A stretch of 64,000 bases of DNA from Candidatus Pacearchaeota archaeon (GCA_002731115.1 PBZO01000001.1:75096-139095), one strand, 5' to 3'; positions 19,742 to 28,628 are shown, counted from the first letter of the stretch. Numbers and translations are program-made. The notes: generated by a model not told the origin, from the letters alone.

Positions 19742-20962
19742 TTAACTTCTTAATGCCTCCACAGGATTTTCTTTTGCAGCATTTAATGCGGGAACTATTC
19801 CTGCAATTGCTCCAACCATAAAACTTCCTATTAATGAGGAAGTTATTAGTATCCAATTTATCTCAGATACTGTTTCTGCTCCGATAAAATTGTTAAGCGC
19901 CACAATTCCTACAAACCCAATTAATATTCCTAAAATTACTCCTATTAATCCTCCAACTAATCCGAGTAATCCCGATTCAACAAAAAATTGTAGAAATATT
20001 TGTCCATTAGTTGCTCCAATAGATTTCATAATTCCTATTTCTTTTTTTCTTTCCATTACAGAAGTACTCATTGTGTTTGCAATTCCAATAGCTCCAATAA
20101 TTATTGATAAAGAAGCAATTATAACAATAAATGCTCTTACTCCTCCAAGAACACTATTGACTGTTTCAAGAGAGGCCTCTGGAGTTGAAACTTCAAAATC
20201 CTCTTCTCCCACCTTAACATCACGAGTTTTTCTAAGAATTTTTTCTATCTCTTCTTTTGTCTTATTCATTGATTCTTTATCTTTTACTTGAACTGCAATT
20301 ACATCTACTTCATCTCCATAATCAAATAATTCTTTTAATGGTTCTTCATTAACATATGCAATATTATCAAAAATGAAACTTCCTCGTTTCTTTGTTATTC
20401 CTATAACTTCAAATCTCTTGTCATGCAGAAGAATTTTATCTCCAGGTTTTATTGATTTTTCTAAGCCAACCTTATCAGCATAAAAATTATATCCCAAGAC
20501 TACCTTATTATTATCTCCATCTTTTAGTAGTCTACCAACTAATGCTTCTCCCAAGTTTAATACTTCATAAACAAATTTTCTGTCTTCTCCATCAGGAATA
20601 TTTATGGCAATCCCAAAAACTACAATATCATTAAATTCTAATTTCGCCAGAGGAAGATTTCTTCTTATTGCTCTTTTTACAGAAGAAATTTTCTCTATTT
20701 CTTTCATATCTTCCATTGTTAAGGGGTTCACATCTCCAGATCCTGGTGGCCCTGCAAGACCAATTCCTCCTGCTTGAACAGAAATAATCTCTGTTGAACT
20801 AATACCGAATTGAGAATTCACTGCCATTTGCAACCCATTTCCAAGAGAAATTAATGCTACAACAGAAGTTATTCCGATAAATATCCCTACTAATGTTAGC
20901 CAAGATCTAACTCCTCTGTGTTTTAGATTTTCAAATGCTAGGAAAACATAATCTTCCTTCAT
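19742..20962 (-). CDS. ABC transporter permease, FtsX/MacB family (second paralog)
   Basis: Same architecture as 18529..19740. Adjacent to the ATPase gene. Confidence 0.75.
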   Translation of the reverse strand: MKEDYVFLAFENLKHRGVRSWLTLVGIFIGITSVVALISLGNGLQMAVNSQFGISSTEIISVQAGGIGLAGPPGSGDVNPLTMEDMKEIEKISSVKRAIRRNLPLAKLEFNDIVVFGIAINIPDGEDRKFVYEVLNLGEALVGRLLKDGDNNKVVLGYNFYADKVGLEKSIKPGDKILLHDKRFEVIGITKKRGSFIFDNIAYVNEEPLKELFDYGDEVDVIAVQVKDKESMNKTKEEIEKILRKTRDVKVGEEDFEVSTPEASLETVNSVLGGVRAFIVIIASLSIIIGAIGIANTMSTSVMERKKEIGIMKSIGATNGQIFLQFFVESGLLGLVGGLIGVILGILIGFVGIVALNNFIGAETVSEINWILITSSLIGSFMVGAIAGIVPALNAAKENPVEALRS

Positions 20963-20963
20963 A

Positions 20964-21707
20964 TTATTCCTTCCTCTTTACAGGTTTCTTTTTACTATGA
21001 TATATTCTTCTTTTCCCTTTTGTTACTTTATTAAGTCTACCGTCTTTTAACCAATATACTATGTCTGAATGTTTTTCTGCTAATTCAAGATCGTGAGTAA
21101 CCATTACTATTGTCTTACCTTGATCATTTAATTTCTCTAAGAATTCTAAAACTTTAATTCCGGTTTTAGTATCAAGATTTCCAGTAGGTTCATCAGCGAG
21201 AATAACATCCGGATTATTAGCCAGACTTCTAGCAATTGCAACTCTTTGCATTTCTCCCCCTGAAAGTTGTCCAGGATAGTGATTCACCCGATTTCCTAAT
21301 TCAACTAAGTTTAGAAGTTCTTCCGCTCTTTCCTCTCTTTTTTCTTTTTCTTTTCCCAAAAACATCATTGGAAGCATTACATTTTCAAGAGCAGTTAAAT
21401 TTGGAATTAAATTAAAAGATTGAAAAATAAATCCTACTTTTCTTCCTCTTATCTGTGCAAGTTCGGATTCAGAAAGGGCGGATATATCTTGCCCATCAAG
21501 ATAGATTGTTCCATGAGTGGGTACATCTAAGCTTCCTACCAAATTCATTCCAGTGCTTTTTCCAGAACCCGAAGGCCCCATAATTGCAATAAACTCTCCT
21601 TTCTTAATTTTAAGATTGACACCATCTAATGCTTTAACAATATTATCCCCCATATGATAAAATTTTGCTACTTTTTTTAGTTCTATTATATATTTTCTCT
21701 TAAGCAT
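20964..21707 (-). CDS. ABC transporter ATP-binding protein (MacB/LolD-like)
   Basis: Walker A GPSGSGKST, signature LSGGEMQRVAIARSL, Walker B ILADEPTGNLD. Confidence 0.85.
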   Translation of the reverse strand: MLKRKYIIELKKVAKFYHMGDNIVKALDGVNLKIKKGEFIAIMGPSGSGKSTGMNLVGSLDVPTHGTIYLDGQDISALSESELAQIRGRKVGFIFQSFNLIPNLTALENVMLPMMFLGKEKEKREERAEELLNLVELGNRVNHYPGQLSGGEMQRVAIARSLANNPDVILADEPTGNLDTKTGIKVLEFLEKLNDQGKTIVMVTHDLELAEKHSDIVYWLKDGRLNKVTKGKRRIYHSKKKPVKRKE

Positions 21708-21782
21708 ACTTCTTTTTAGTGAAATTTCTATATAAATTTATCTAATCACAACCTTTAAAAACTAATTTATGGAATTAATATT

Positions 21783-21980
21783 ATGATAATTCCTGTTAGA
21801 TGTCTATCTTGTGGAAAACCAATTGGTCACTTGTGGGAAAAATTCAAAAAACGAGCTGAAGAGGGAGAAAATACTAAGAAAATTCTAGATGAACTTGGTT
21901 TAGAAAGATACTGCTGTAGATCTGTCTTGCTAGGACAAGAAGATTTAATTGAACTTGTTGGAAAGTTTAAAAAAACATAA
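21783..21980 (+). CDS. rpoN: DNA-directed RNA polymerase subunit N (Rpb10 homolog)
   Basis: MIIPVRCLSCGKPIG..W...LGLERYCCRSVLL matches the RpoN/Rpb10 zinc bundle. Confidence 0.85.
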   Translation: MIIPVRCLSCGKPIGHLWEKFKKRAEEGENTKKILDELGLERYCCRSVLLGQEDLIELVGKFKKT

Positions 21981-21982
21981 TC

Positions 21983-22243
21983 TTACAATTTCCACCTACT
22001 TAGGTAATTACAATCTAAACAAGTAATTACTTTCTTATTATTTTTTATTCTTATCTTAAAATTATCTCTATTAAATACAACATAACACTTTTTACAAAAA
22101 AGTTTTCTTAAACTCTTTAAAGGAAAATTATAACTCATAGCTATTTTTTTTATTTTTTTAACTTCTTTAGGGGATCTATTTTTAATATTAGAAAAAAATT
22201 CTTTTATTTGTTTTTCTGCTTCTTGTTTTGAGATTTTTTTCAT
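21983..22243 (-). CDS. RNase P protein component Rpp21 (Rpr2 family)
   Basis: LFCKKCYVVF...KIRIKNNKKVITCLDCNYLSR zinc ribbon typical of Rpr2/Rpp21. Confidence 0.55.
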   Translation of the reverse strand: MKKISKQEAEKQIKEFFSNIKNRSPKEVKKIKKIAMSYNFPLKSLRKLFCKKCYVVFNRDNFKIRIKNNKKVITCLDCNYLSRWKL

Positions 22244-22281
22244 AAATCAATAAAGAATTAAGCTTTTATAAAAATATCAAA

Positions 22282-22394
22282 GAAGACAGCATCGAAGCTT
22301 TGCATCTTGTAGGATACTAGCACAAACGACGTAAGAAGCTTAATTTCTGTGTTCGGATGGGAACAGATGTTTCCAACTTACTATGGCCGTCTTC
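22282..22394 (-). rRNA. rrf: 5S ribosomal RNA (orphan, not linked to 16S/23S)
   Basis: Minus-strand GAAGACGGCCATAG...GTTCCCATCCGAACACAGAAATTAAGC...GCTGTCTTC. Contains the universal 5S loop C motif CCCAU-CCGAAC-ACAGAA-UUAAGC. 5' and 3' ends pair (GAAGACGGC with GCTGTCTTC). Confidence 0.7.
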
Positions 22395-22456
22395 AATATT
22401 CTTGAAGTTTTCTGGTTTATAAAACTTTTTATATACATAATTAATCCTAATTTTAA

Positions 22457-22540
22457 GCGGAAGTGTCAGAGTGGTCAAATGAACTTGGTTAAGGACCAAG
22501 TGGCTTAGTGCCTGCGAAGGTTCGAATCCTTTCTTCCGCA
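22457..22540 (+). tRNA. tRNA-Leu, class II. Anticodon loop reads uuAAGga (nominal anticodon AAG)
   Basis: GCGGAAG-TG-TCA-GAGTGGTCAAA-TGA-A-CTTGG-TTAAGGA-CCAAG-(15-nt variable arm)-GAAGG-TTCGAAT-CCTTT-CTTCCGC-A. Discriminator A, long variable arm. Confidence 0.7.
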
Positions 22541-22553
22541 TGAAATTATTAGA

Positions 22554-23672
22554 CTAAAAAATTTCAGCAAAAATTCCAAAGATAAAGATTAAACTTAAGA
22601 TTCCCAAAATAAACCAATTTGCTGGAATTGAATACTCTGGTTTTCTGTTTCCTTTTTCTTTTGCTTTTTTAACCATCAATAAAATTAATAATGCTATTAA
22701 TCCTCCAGAAACAATTCCTCCTATCGAAAGAATGCTTATAAAAGAAAAAAAACTAAATGATTTAATAAATAAAAATATCAAAATTGGGATAATTGAAGTA
22801 AAAAACCATGCTTCTTTTTTTCTAAATCTCTCATCATACATAAGATTTTCCTGTAAAGCATTTCCCAAAGATAAATATGATGTAAACATTGTAAAAATTC
22901 CGAGTAAAACAAAAGTACTACCTAATGCAAGTGTTGCTATTTCAGGTGTATCAAATCCCTTAATTCCTACAACAATAAATGCAAACAATGCATAAAAGAC
23001 TATAGAAATTAAAGTCCCACTAATAAGTACCTTTTTCATCAACCTTTCATTTTTATGCAAAACAATTTGGAGTTCTGGAATAGAATGAAAAGACATTAAA
23101 GCAAAAAGAATAACTCCAAAAGGAAGAAAAATATTTCCAGTGTTCATATAATATAAATTGCTAAAATTAACATCTTTAATGAAAACAAAAAAGATAAAGA
23201 TAAGCAATATAAGGATAATAGATACTCCAATTTTTTCAAATTTTTTAAGAACTTTTAATCCTCTCCAGAGTAACCCCGACATTCCAATGCCAAATAAAAC
23301 TCCAAAATAAATAGAATAATCGGAATTGCTAAAAAACAAGAAATTTAAACTTTCTCCTACACCAAACATATAAGCAACAATAGCAGAATAAATTCCAAAC
23401 ACTGTTGCAAACTCTATAATTATTTTTCCTTTTCTTCCAAGGTATTTCCCAGCATAACCTGCAATTTGATGATCTCCTTTTGTTCTTAAAATAACTTCTC
23501 CAAAATAAAGATTAATTGTAAAAACAAGTAATCCTATTAGCATGATATAAGCAAGTGCAACAAAAAACCCTACTTGAGCTGCAACATAAGGTATTCCCAA
23601 AACTCCTGCACCAATACAAGTTCCAACTAAAATGGAAACTGCTGAAAAAAACCTCTTTTTATCTGAATCCAT
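22554..23672 (-). CDS. amino acid permease (aromatic amino acid / Trp-Tyr permease family-like)
   Basis: 372 aa, about 11 TM, GTCIGAGVLGIPY N-terminal motif typical of the family. Confidence 0.6.
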   Translation of the reverse strand: MDSDKKRFFSAVSILVGTCIGAGVLGIPYVAAQVGFFVALAYIMLIGLLVFTINLYFGEVILRTKGDHQIAGYAGKYLGRKGKIIIEFATVFGIYSAIVAYMFGVGESLNFLFFSNSDYSIYFGVLFGIGMSGLLWRGLKVLKKFEKIGVSIILILLIFIFFVFIKDVNFSNLYYMNTGNIFLPFGVILFALMSFHSIPELQIVLHKNERLMKKVLISGTLISIVFYALFAFIVVGIKGFDTPEIATLALGSTFVLLGIFTMFTSYLSLGNALQENLMYDERFRKKEAWFFTSIIPILIFLFIKSFSFFSFISILSIGGIVSGGLIALLILLMVKKAKEKGNRKPEYSIPANWFILGILSLIFIFGIFAEIF

Positions 23673-23884
23673 AAAAGAAAATAATTAGTATAGTATAAAA
23701 AATTATAGGGAAATTATACTTTCATTGAAGATAGTCTAAAAAGATAATTGGTTAAAACGAACAGAAACAACTGAGGTGTTTCTTCCGCATAACAAAAAAC
23801 CTTATAAACTAAAATATATTCGAATTTTTACCTGCGAGTTAATCGCGTTAGCGGGAAAAATAATTTTTCTCGTGGATTAAAAAA

Positions 23885-24253
23885 ATGAAATCAAAAACAA
23901 CTATTGCCAAGCAGATTAAGAAAAAGACAAACACTGAATTAATAAAAACAATAGTTGCAACCAAAAAAAATAATAATTGGTTAAATATAGCAAGAATTAT
24001 TTCAGGTCCAAGAAAAAAGAGGAGGAATGCAAATTTAGAAAAAATAAATAAAGAAACAAAAGAAGGCGAAACAATATTAATTCCTGGAAAAGTTCTATCA
24101 AATGGAGAAATAACTAAAAAACTAAAAATTATTGCTTTAGCTTTTTCAAAAAATTCAAAAGAAAAGATATTAAAATCAGAAAGCGAGTTTTCATATATAA
24201 TTGAAGAAATTAAAAAGAATCCCGAAGCTAAGGGAATTAAAATAATAAAATGA
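23885..24253 (+). CDS. rpl18e: 50S ribosomal protein L18e
   Basis: ISGPRKKRR..NLEKI...GETILIPGKVLSNGEITKKLKIIALAFSKNSKEKI matches the L18e pattern. Confidence 0.8.
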   Translation: MKSKTTIAKQIKKKTNTELIKTIVATKKNNNWLNIARIISGPRKKRRNANLEKINKETKEGETILIPGKVLSNGEITKKLKIIALAFSKNSKEKILKSESEFSYIIEEIKKNPEAKGIKIIK

Positions 24254-24645
24254 AAATAATAGATGGAAAAGATGCTATTTTGGGAAGACTCGCAAGTTAT
24301 GTTGCTAAAGAAGCATTAAAAGGAGAAGATATAATAATCTTAAATTGTGAACAAGTAATAATTACGGGAAACAAAAAAAATATTGAAGAAAATTTCAGAG
24401 AAAAAAGAAGCAAAGTTGGAAGCGGACAAAAAGGTCCAAAACATTCAAGGACAAGTGAAAAAATAGTTAAAAGAACAATTAGAGGCATGCTCCCAAACCA
24501 CCGAAAAGGGAGGGGGAAAATAACTTATAAAAGAATAAAATGTTATACAGGAATTCCAAAAGAATTCCAAGAAACTCAAAAAGTTAATTTAAGAAAAGAA
24601 AATAAAAATAAATTCATTCAAATAAAGCAAATCTGTAAAAGATGA
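24250..24645 (+). CDS. rpl13: 50S ribosomal protein L13 (uL13)
   Basis: MKIIDGKDAILGRLASYVAKEALKGEDIIILNCEQVIITG signature. Confidence 0.9.
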   Translation: MKIIDGKDAILGRLASYVAKEALKGEDIIILNCEQVIITGNKKNIEENFREKRSKVGSGQKGPKHSRTSEKIVKRTIRGMLPNHRKGRGKITYKRIKCYTGIPKEFQETQKVNLRKENKNKFIQIKQICKR

Positions 24646-25040
24646 AAATAATTAAATCTGGAAAAAGAAAAACAGCAGTTGCAAGAGCTATTCTTACAGA
24701 AGGTTCTGGAAAAATTAGTATAAATAAAAAAAATTATAAAAATCTACAAATATTTGATAAACTTAAAATTGAGGAACCAATAAGAATTGCAGAAAATATT
24801 TTGGGAAAGATAAACTTTGATGTTTCAATCATGGTTAAGGGTGGTGGAGAAAAAGGTCAAATTGAAGCTGCAAGACTTGCATTAGCAAAAGTAATTATTG
24901 AATTTTCAAAATCAGAAGAATTAACAAAATCATTTTTAAATTATGATAGAAATTTACTTATTGCAGATATAAGAAGAAAAGAGTCATATAAACCTGGAGA
25001 TAGTAAGGCTAGAAAAAAGAGACAAAGTTCTAAGAGATAA
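24642..25040 (+). CDS. rps9: 30S ribosomal protein S9 (uS9)
   Basis: GKRKTAVARAIL..G.GKISIN...KPGDSKARKKRQSSKR C-terminal signature. Confidence 0.9.
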   Translation: MKIIKSGKRKTAVARAILTEGSGKISINKKNYKNLQIFDKLKIEEPIRIAENILGKINFDVSIMVKGGGEKGQIEAARLALAKVIIEFSKSEELTKSFLNYDRNLLIADIRRKESYKPGDSKARKKRQSSKR

Positions 25041-25050
25041 AATTTCGCAA

Positions 25051-25383
25051 CTATTGTTTTTTATTAAATTTCCCTTTATAATTTGTTCCATTAATTATTT
25101 TTGTCTTGGGTATAATCGACGTATATTTTGAAAACCATTGAACCGAATTATATAATTGATCTTTAGCTCTTTCTATTAATTTTTTATCACCATTGCTTTT
25201 ATATTCGATTACATAAATATCTCCCTCCGAACTATATAAAATTAAATCGGGTTGTGCAACAATTTGGCCCTTCCTATTATATAAATTTGCTTCAATAATA
25301 GTGGCCAAAATATCTTCAAATCCAAATCTGGAAGGGCATGCAGCAATTTTCTCTAATGCTTTTCTATGACTACTTTTTACCAT
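25051..25383 (-). CDS. small PD-(D/E)xK nuclease-fold protein (hypothetical)
   Basis: QPDLILYSSEGDIYVIEYK, with D to E-x-K spacing as in restriction-endonuclease-like or Hjc-like folds. Confidence 0.3.
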   Translation of the reverse strand: MVKSSHRKALEKIAACPSRFGFEDILATIIEANLYNRKGQIVAQPDLILYSSEGDIYVIEYKSNGDKKLIERAKDQLYNSVQWFSKYTSIIPKTKIINGTNYKGKFNKKQ

Positions 25384-25534
25384 TTTAGTTTACTTACATA
25401 TTTGATTTTATATAAAAAGATTATTGAAGTCCAAAATATATTTTAAAAGTATTTATTAACTGAAAAAAGATATAATAATCTAGCTGAAAGAAAAGAATTT
25501 AGAAAAAGGCATGAGTAAACATAAACCTAAATGA

Positions 25535-25969
25535 TTATTTTTTAATTTTTAATCTTTCTAATTTATTTTGGACGTGATTAAATAAAGTTGATGAAATTAT
25601 TGGTTTGTGGTGTCCTTCATGGATTTGATTATTAAATTTTATTTTCCCAATATATGTAAAATTTGTTAATATTTTCTTTAACCCATTAACTGAAAAATTA
25701 TGTTTTTTTGCTAATTTTCTTAAACTAATTTTTTCTTTTAAGAATTCCTCAAAAATTTCTTCCACCTCTCTAAAATTTTGTGCAGGAACTAGTCTTTTAT
25801 CTTCTAGTTTATATCCAAATGCAACTCTTGACATTAATTGCCCCTTGGATGCTTTTTTTATCATTCCTGATTTTTGTTGTTCTCCTCTAATTTTAGTATT
25901 CTCCTTTAACTTGGATTTTAATTCTTCAACTTCTCTTTTCAAATCTTCTATTTGTTTATTTTCATTCAT
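25535..25969 (-). CDS. recombinase-domain protein (large-serine-recombinase Recombinase domain without the catalytic resolvase domain), N-terminal coiled coil
   Basis: FGYKLEDKRLVPAQNFREVEEIFEEFL..ISLRKLAKKHN...ILTNFTYIGKIKF...EGHHKPIISSTLFNHVQ matches PF07508-type Recombinase domain. ATG overlaps the stop of the upstream tyrosine recombinase. Confidence 0.5.
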   Translation of the reverse strand: MNENKQIEDLKREVEELKSKLKENTKIRGEQQKSGMIKKASKGQLMSRVAFGYKLEDKRLVPAQNFREVEEIFEEFLKEKISLRKLAKKHNFSVNGLKKILTNFTYIGKIKFNNQIHEGHHKPIISSTLFNHVQNKLERLKIKK

Positions 25970-26799
25970 TTCATTAATTCGTCTATGGGACTTTTAATTT
26001 TTTTTAACATTGCAGAAGATACGTGGGAATAAATTTGGGTGGTGCTAATATCACTATGTCCAAGCAACTCTTGTATAATTCTTATATCTATTCCATCTTC
26101 CAATAAATGTGTGGCAAAGCTATGTCTTAGTGTATGACAGTGAGCGTCTTTTTTAATTTCTGCCCTTTTTGTAGCGGATGAGACTATTTTTTGTAAATTT
26201 CTTGATGAAAGTTTTCCTTTTGGCCCTGTAAATAAATATTCTCCATTTATCTCTTTTTGTTTTTCTACTTGTTTTTTTAAATCTAAGAATAAGAATTCGG
26301 GAATATTAAAAATTCTATCTTTTCTTCCTTTTGCCTGTTTAATATGGCCTATTTTTTCATTAAAATCTAAATCATTAATTTTTAGATTAATTAATTCAGA
26401 AACACGCATTCCGCAAGCATACATGAAGGATATCATTAATTTTGATTTTTTTGTATTTAAGACTTCTATTAATAATTTGACTTCTTTTTTTGATAAAACA
26501 ACCGGGTTTTTTCTCTCTCGTTTGGGTCTTTTAATTCCTGATGTAAGATCTTTTTTTAAAATGGTTAAATAAGCAAATTTAATTGCGGATAAAAATACCA
26601 CGATTGATGTTGACGCCCTATTACTTAAATTTTTTACAATATATGATTTTACATCATCCTCTGTTATTTCTTCTGGTCGTTTATTTGAAAAACTTAAAAG
26701 TTTTGAATTAGCATCTATATAATTTCTAATAGTATAATCGGAATTCTTTGAAATTTTCAATTCAATTTTTATTTTTTCTAAAAACTCTTGGGAATTCAT
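25966..26799 (-). CDS. xerA: tyrosine recombinase (XerA/XerC/XerD-like integrase)
   Basis: Catalytic residues in GMRVSEL (Arg), HTLRHSFATHLL (H-x-x-R), LLGHSDISTTQIYSHV (H, nucleophile Y). Confidence 0.8.
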   Translation of the reverse strand: MNSQEFLEKIKIELKISKNSDYTIRNYIDANSKLLSFSNKRPEEITEDDVKSYIVKNLSNRASTSIVVFLSAIKFAYLTILKKDLTSGIKRPKRERKNPVVLSKKEVKLLIEVLNTKKSKLMISFMYACGMRVSELINLKINDLDFNEKIGHIKQAKGRKDRIFNIPEFLFLDLKKQVEKQKEINGEYLFTGPKGKLSSRNLQKIVSSATKRAEIKKDAHCHTLRHSFATHLLEDGIDIRIIQELLGHSDISTTQIYSHVSSAMLKKIKSPIDELMK

Positions 26800-27425
26800 C
26801 TAATTTTGACTCCTAATTTCTTTAAATCCTTAAATAATTGATTATTATTCTTAAACAAAACCCCCCGAATACCGAGTTTATTTACTCCTTTAATGTTCTC
26901 TTTTATATCATCTATGAAAACTACTTCCGCAGGTTTTAATCCAAGTTTTTTTAAAGCTAATTTATAGATTCTTAAATCGGGCTTTCTAATTCCAATGTCA
27001 CAAGAGAAAATACTTATCTGAAAGGGCCCTGTTATCTTGTATTTTTTGATTAAATAATCTTTATGTTCCTTGCCCATATTTGATATTAAGGCGAGTTTAT
27101 AATCTTCTTTTAAATTAAAAATTATTTTTTTCATTTTTTTATTTGGACAAAATATATTGTTCCATAATCTATTAAATTTATGATAAGGAATTTTTTTAAT
27201 TTCTAATTTTTTTGCGAGTAGGTTCCAATAATCTTTTGAAAGTGCTCCTTTTTCACAAAACTGTGTGAATCTAGCATACTTTCCAGAATTTGAAATAATT
27301 CTAAAAATTTTTTGTGAAGAAACCTTAATAAGTTTTGACATCTGTTTTGCAGCAATCATATGATCATAAAACATAATAACCCCTCCAACATCAAAGATAA
27401 TCGCTTTTATTTCCCTCTTTTTCAT
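26796..27425 (-). CDS. HAD-superfamily hydrolase
   Basis: Motif I IIFDVGGV, motif IV FIDDIKENIKGVNKLGI. Confidence 0.7.
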   Translation of the reverse strand: MKKREIKAIIFDVGGVIMFYDHMIAAKQMSKLIKVSSQKIFRIISNSGKYARFTQFCEKGALSKDYWNLLAKKLEIKKIPYHKFNRLWNNIFCPNKKMKKIIFNLKEDYKLALISNMGKEHKDYLIKKYKITGPFQISIFSCDIGIRKPDLRIYKLALKKLGLKPAEVVFIDDIKENIKGVNKLGIRGVLFKNNNQLFKDLKKLGVKIR

Positions 27426-28157
27426 AGGGAAAATTGTGCGAACTTATTTATATAATTTTGTATCCTCTTGAGATAATTATTTAATATTGAAGAGAAATTA
27501 TCTAAAGATATTAAATATTGCCTGTCTGAAGAAAGCGTATTTTCTAATAAATCGTATAGGTTACTTGATCCTGAATAAAAACAAGAAATTTCTGGGAAAA
27601 TTAATAAAATACTAAAAGGTTAATTCATCAACTCCCTATGATTAAGCCAGGATAAAATTGCTGCTGGAATTATAAATAACCAGTCAACCATAAAAGTTAA
27701 AACTAAAAATATCAAAGCTACAATCGAATATAAAACAACTTTTTTATCCTTCATATTTAAATGATTGTTAAAGACTTTTTATTTGTTTTGAAGAATAAAT
27801 TTTTAAACCTGTCTTTATTATAAAATATATGAAAGAAAGTAAAAGATTTCCGACTTTTGCATGGTTCTTATTAATTGTGGGTGTTCTTTGGTTATTAACA
27901 GATTTAAATGTAATAACTATTGATATTCCTTGGATTCCGATAATTGTAATTGTTATTGCAATTGGGTGGATTAGGAATAAAAATCATTGTAATTGGTGTT
28001 GATATAGTTATCCAGGAAATAAATATGGAAAAGCTTAAAAACCTACTTTGACAACAAAATTTATGACTAGACAAAAACTAGGATATAAATTAAAAATGAT
28101 AGGAATTGGTTATTAGTAATTCTAAAAAGAGCATAGTTATAAGGGAGGACAAGAAAA

Positions 28158-28481
28158 ATGAGTAAAAAACTTTACGTTGGAAATTTGCCTTTTAGTGTTG
28201 ATTCTGAAAAGTTAAAAGAACTTTTTTCATCTTATGGTGAAACAGAAGAAGTTACAATAATATCTGATAAGTTTTCAGGAAGATCGAAAGGTTTTGGATT
28301 TATAACTTTCAAGGAAGATGCAGGTGCAGAGAAAGCAGTTGCAGAGATGAATGGAAAAGAAGTTGAGGGTCGTGAATTAAAGGTATCTGAAGCAAAACCA
28401 ATGGATCCGGATAGGCCGAGACCACCTAGAAGAGATTTTGGAAATAGGGGCGGTGGACGAGGAAATTTCAATAGACGTTAA
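28158..28481 (+). CDS. RRM-domain RNA-binding protein with C-terminal RGG-rich tail
   Basis: RNP-2 LYVGNL and RNP-1 KGFGFITF. Tail RPRPPRRDFGNRGGGRGNFNRR. SD-like GGGAGG sits 7 nt upstream. Confidence 0.8.
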   Translation: MSKKLYVGNLPFSVDSEKLKELFSSYGETEEVTIISDKFSGRSKGFGFITFKEDAGAEKAVAEMNGKEVEGRELKVSEAKPMDPDRPRPPRRDFGNRGGGRGNFNRR

Positions 28482-28507
28482 AGACCTTGGTTAATCAAAT
28501 AAATTAT

Positions 28508-28532
28508 TTTTTTTTATTTTTTTAAAAAAACA
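28508..28532 (+). terminator. oligo-T tract downstream of RRM gene (archaeal-type terminator candidate)
   Basis: ttattttttttttattttttt run immediately after the stop. Confidence 0.35.
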
Positions 28533-28628
28533 TTTAAAAAGAGATAATCCCTTTTATTATAAAAGAGGATTAAAATTACTCCTATAGAAATAATAGCTTT
28601 AATTATAATTATTATAAGTGCAATAAAA

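Noticed and set aside
22317-22541. 74-aa ORF on the minus strand
   Set aside because: It is completely covered by the 5S rRNA (22282..22394) and the antisense of tRNA-Leu (22457..22540), so it is a shadow ORF.
23700-23884. Possible structured RNA upstream of L18e (cgcgagttaatcgcg hairpin)
   Set aside because: There is only a single short hairpin. It could be a leader or attenuator, but it is too weak to call, so it is noted only under the tRNA-fragment finding.
26800-27430. Search for a dif site next to xerA
   Set aside because: No convincing 28-bp imperfect palindrome could be recognised by eye in the flanking 200 bp, so no call is made.
27620-28014. Tiny membrane ORFs (about 44 aa on the minus strand at 27620..27760, 57 aa on the plus strand at 27841..28014) in the long intergenic region
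   Set aside because: They fall below any reliable size threshold and have no motif. They may be real small membrane proteins but are unsupported.
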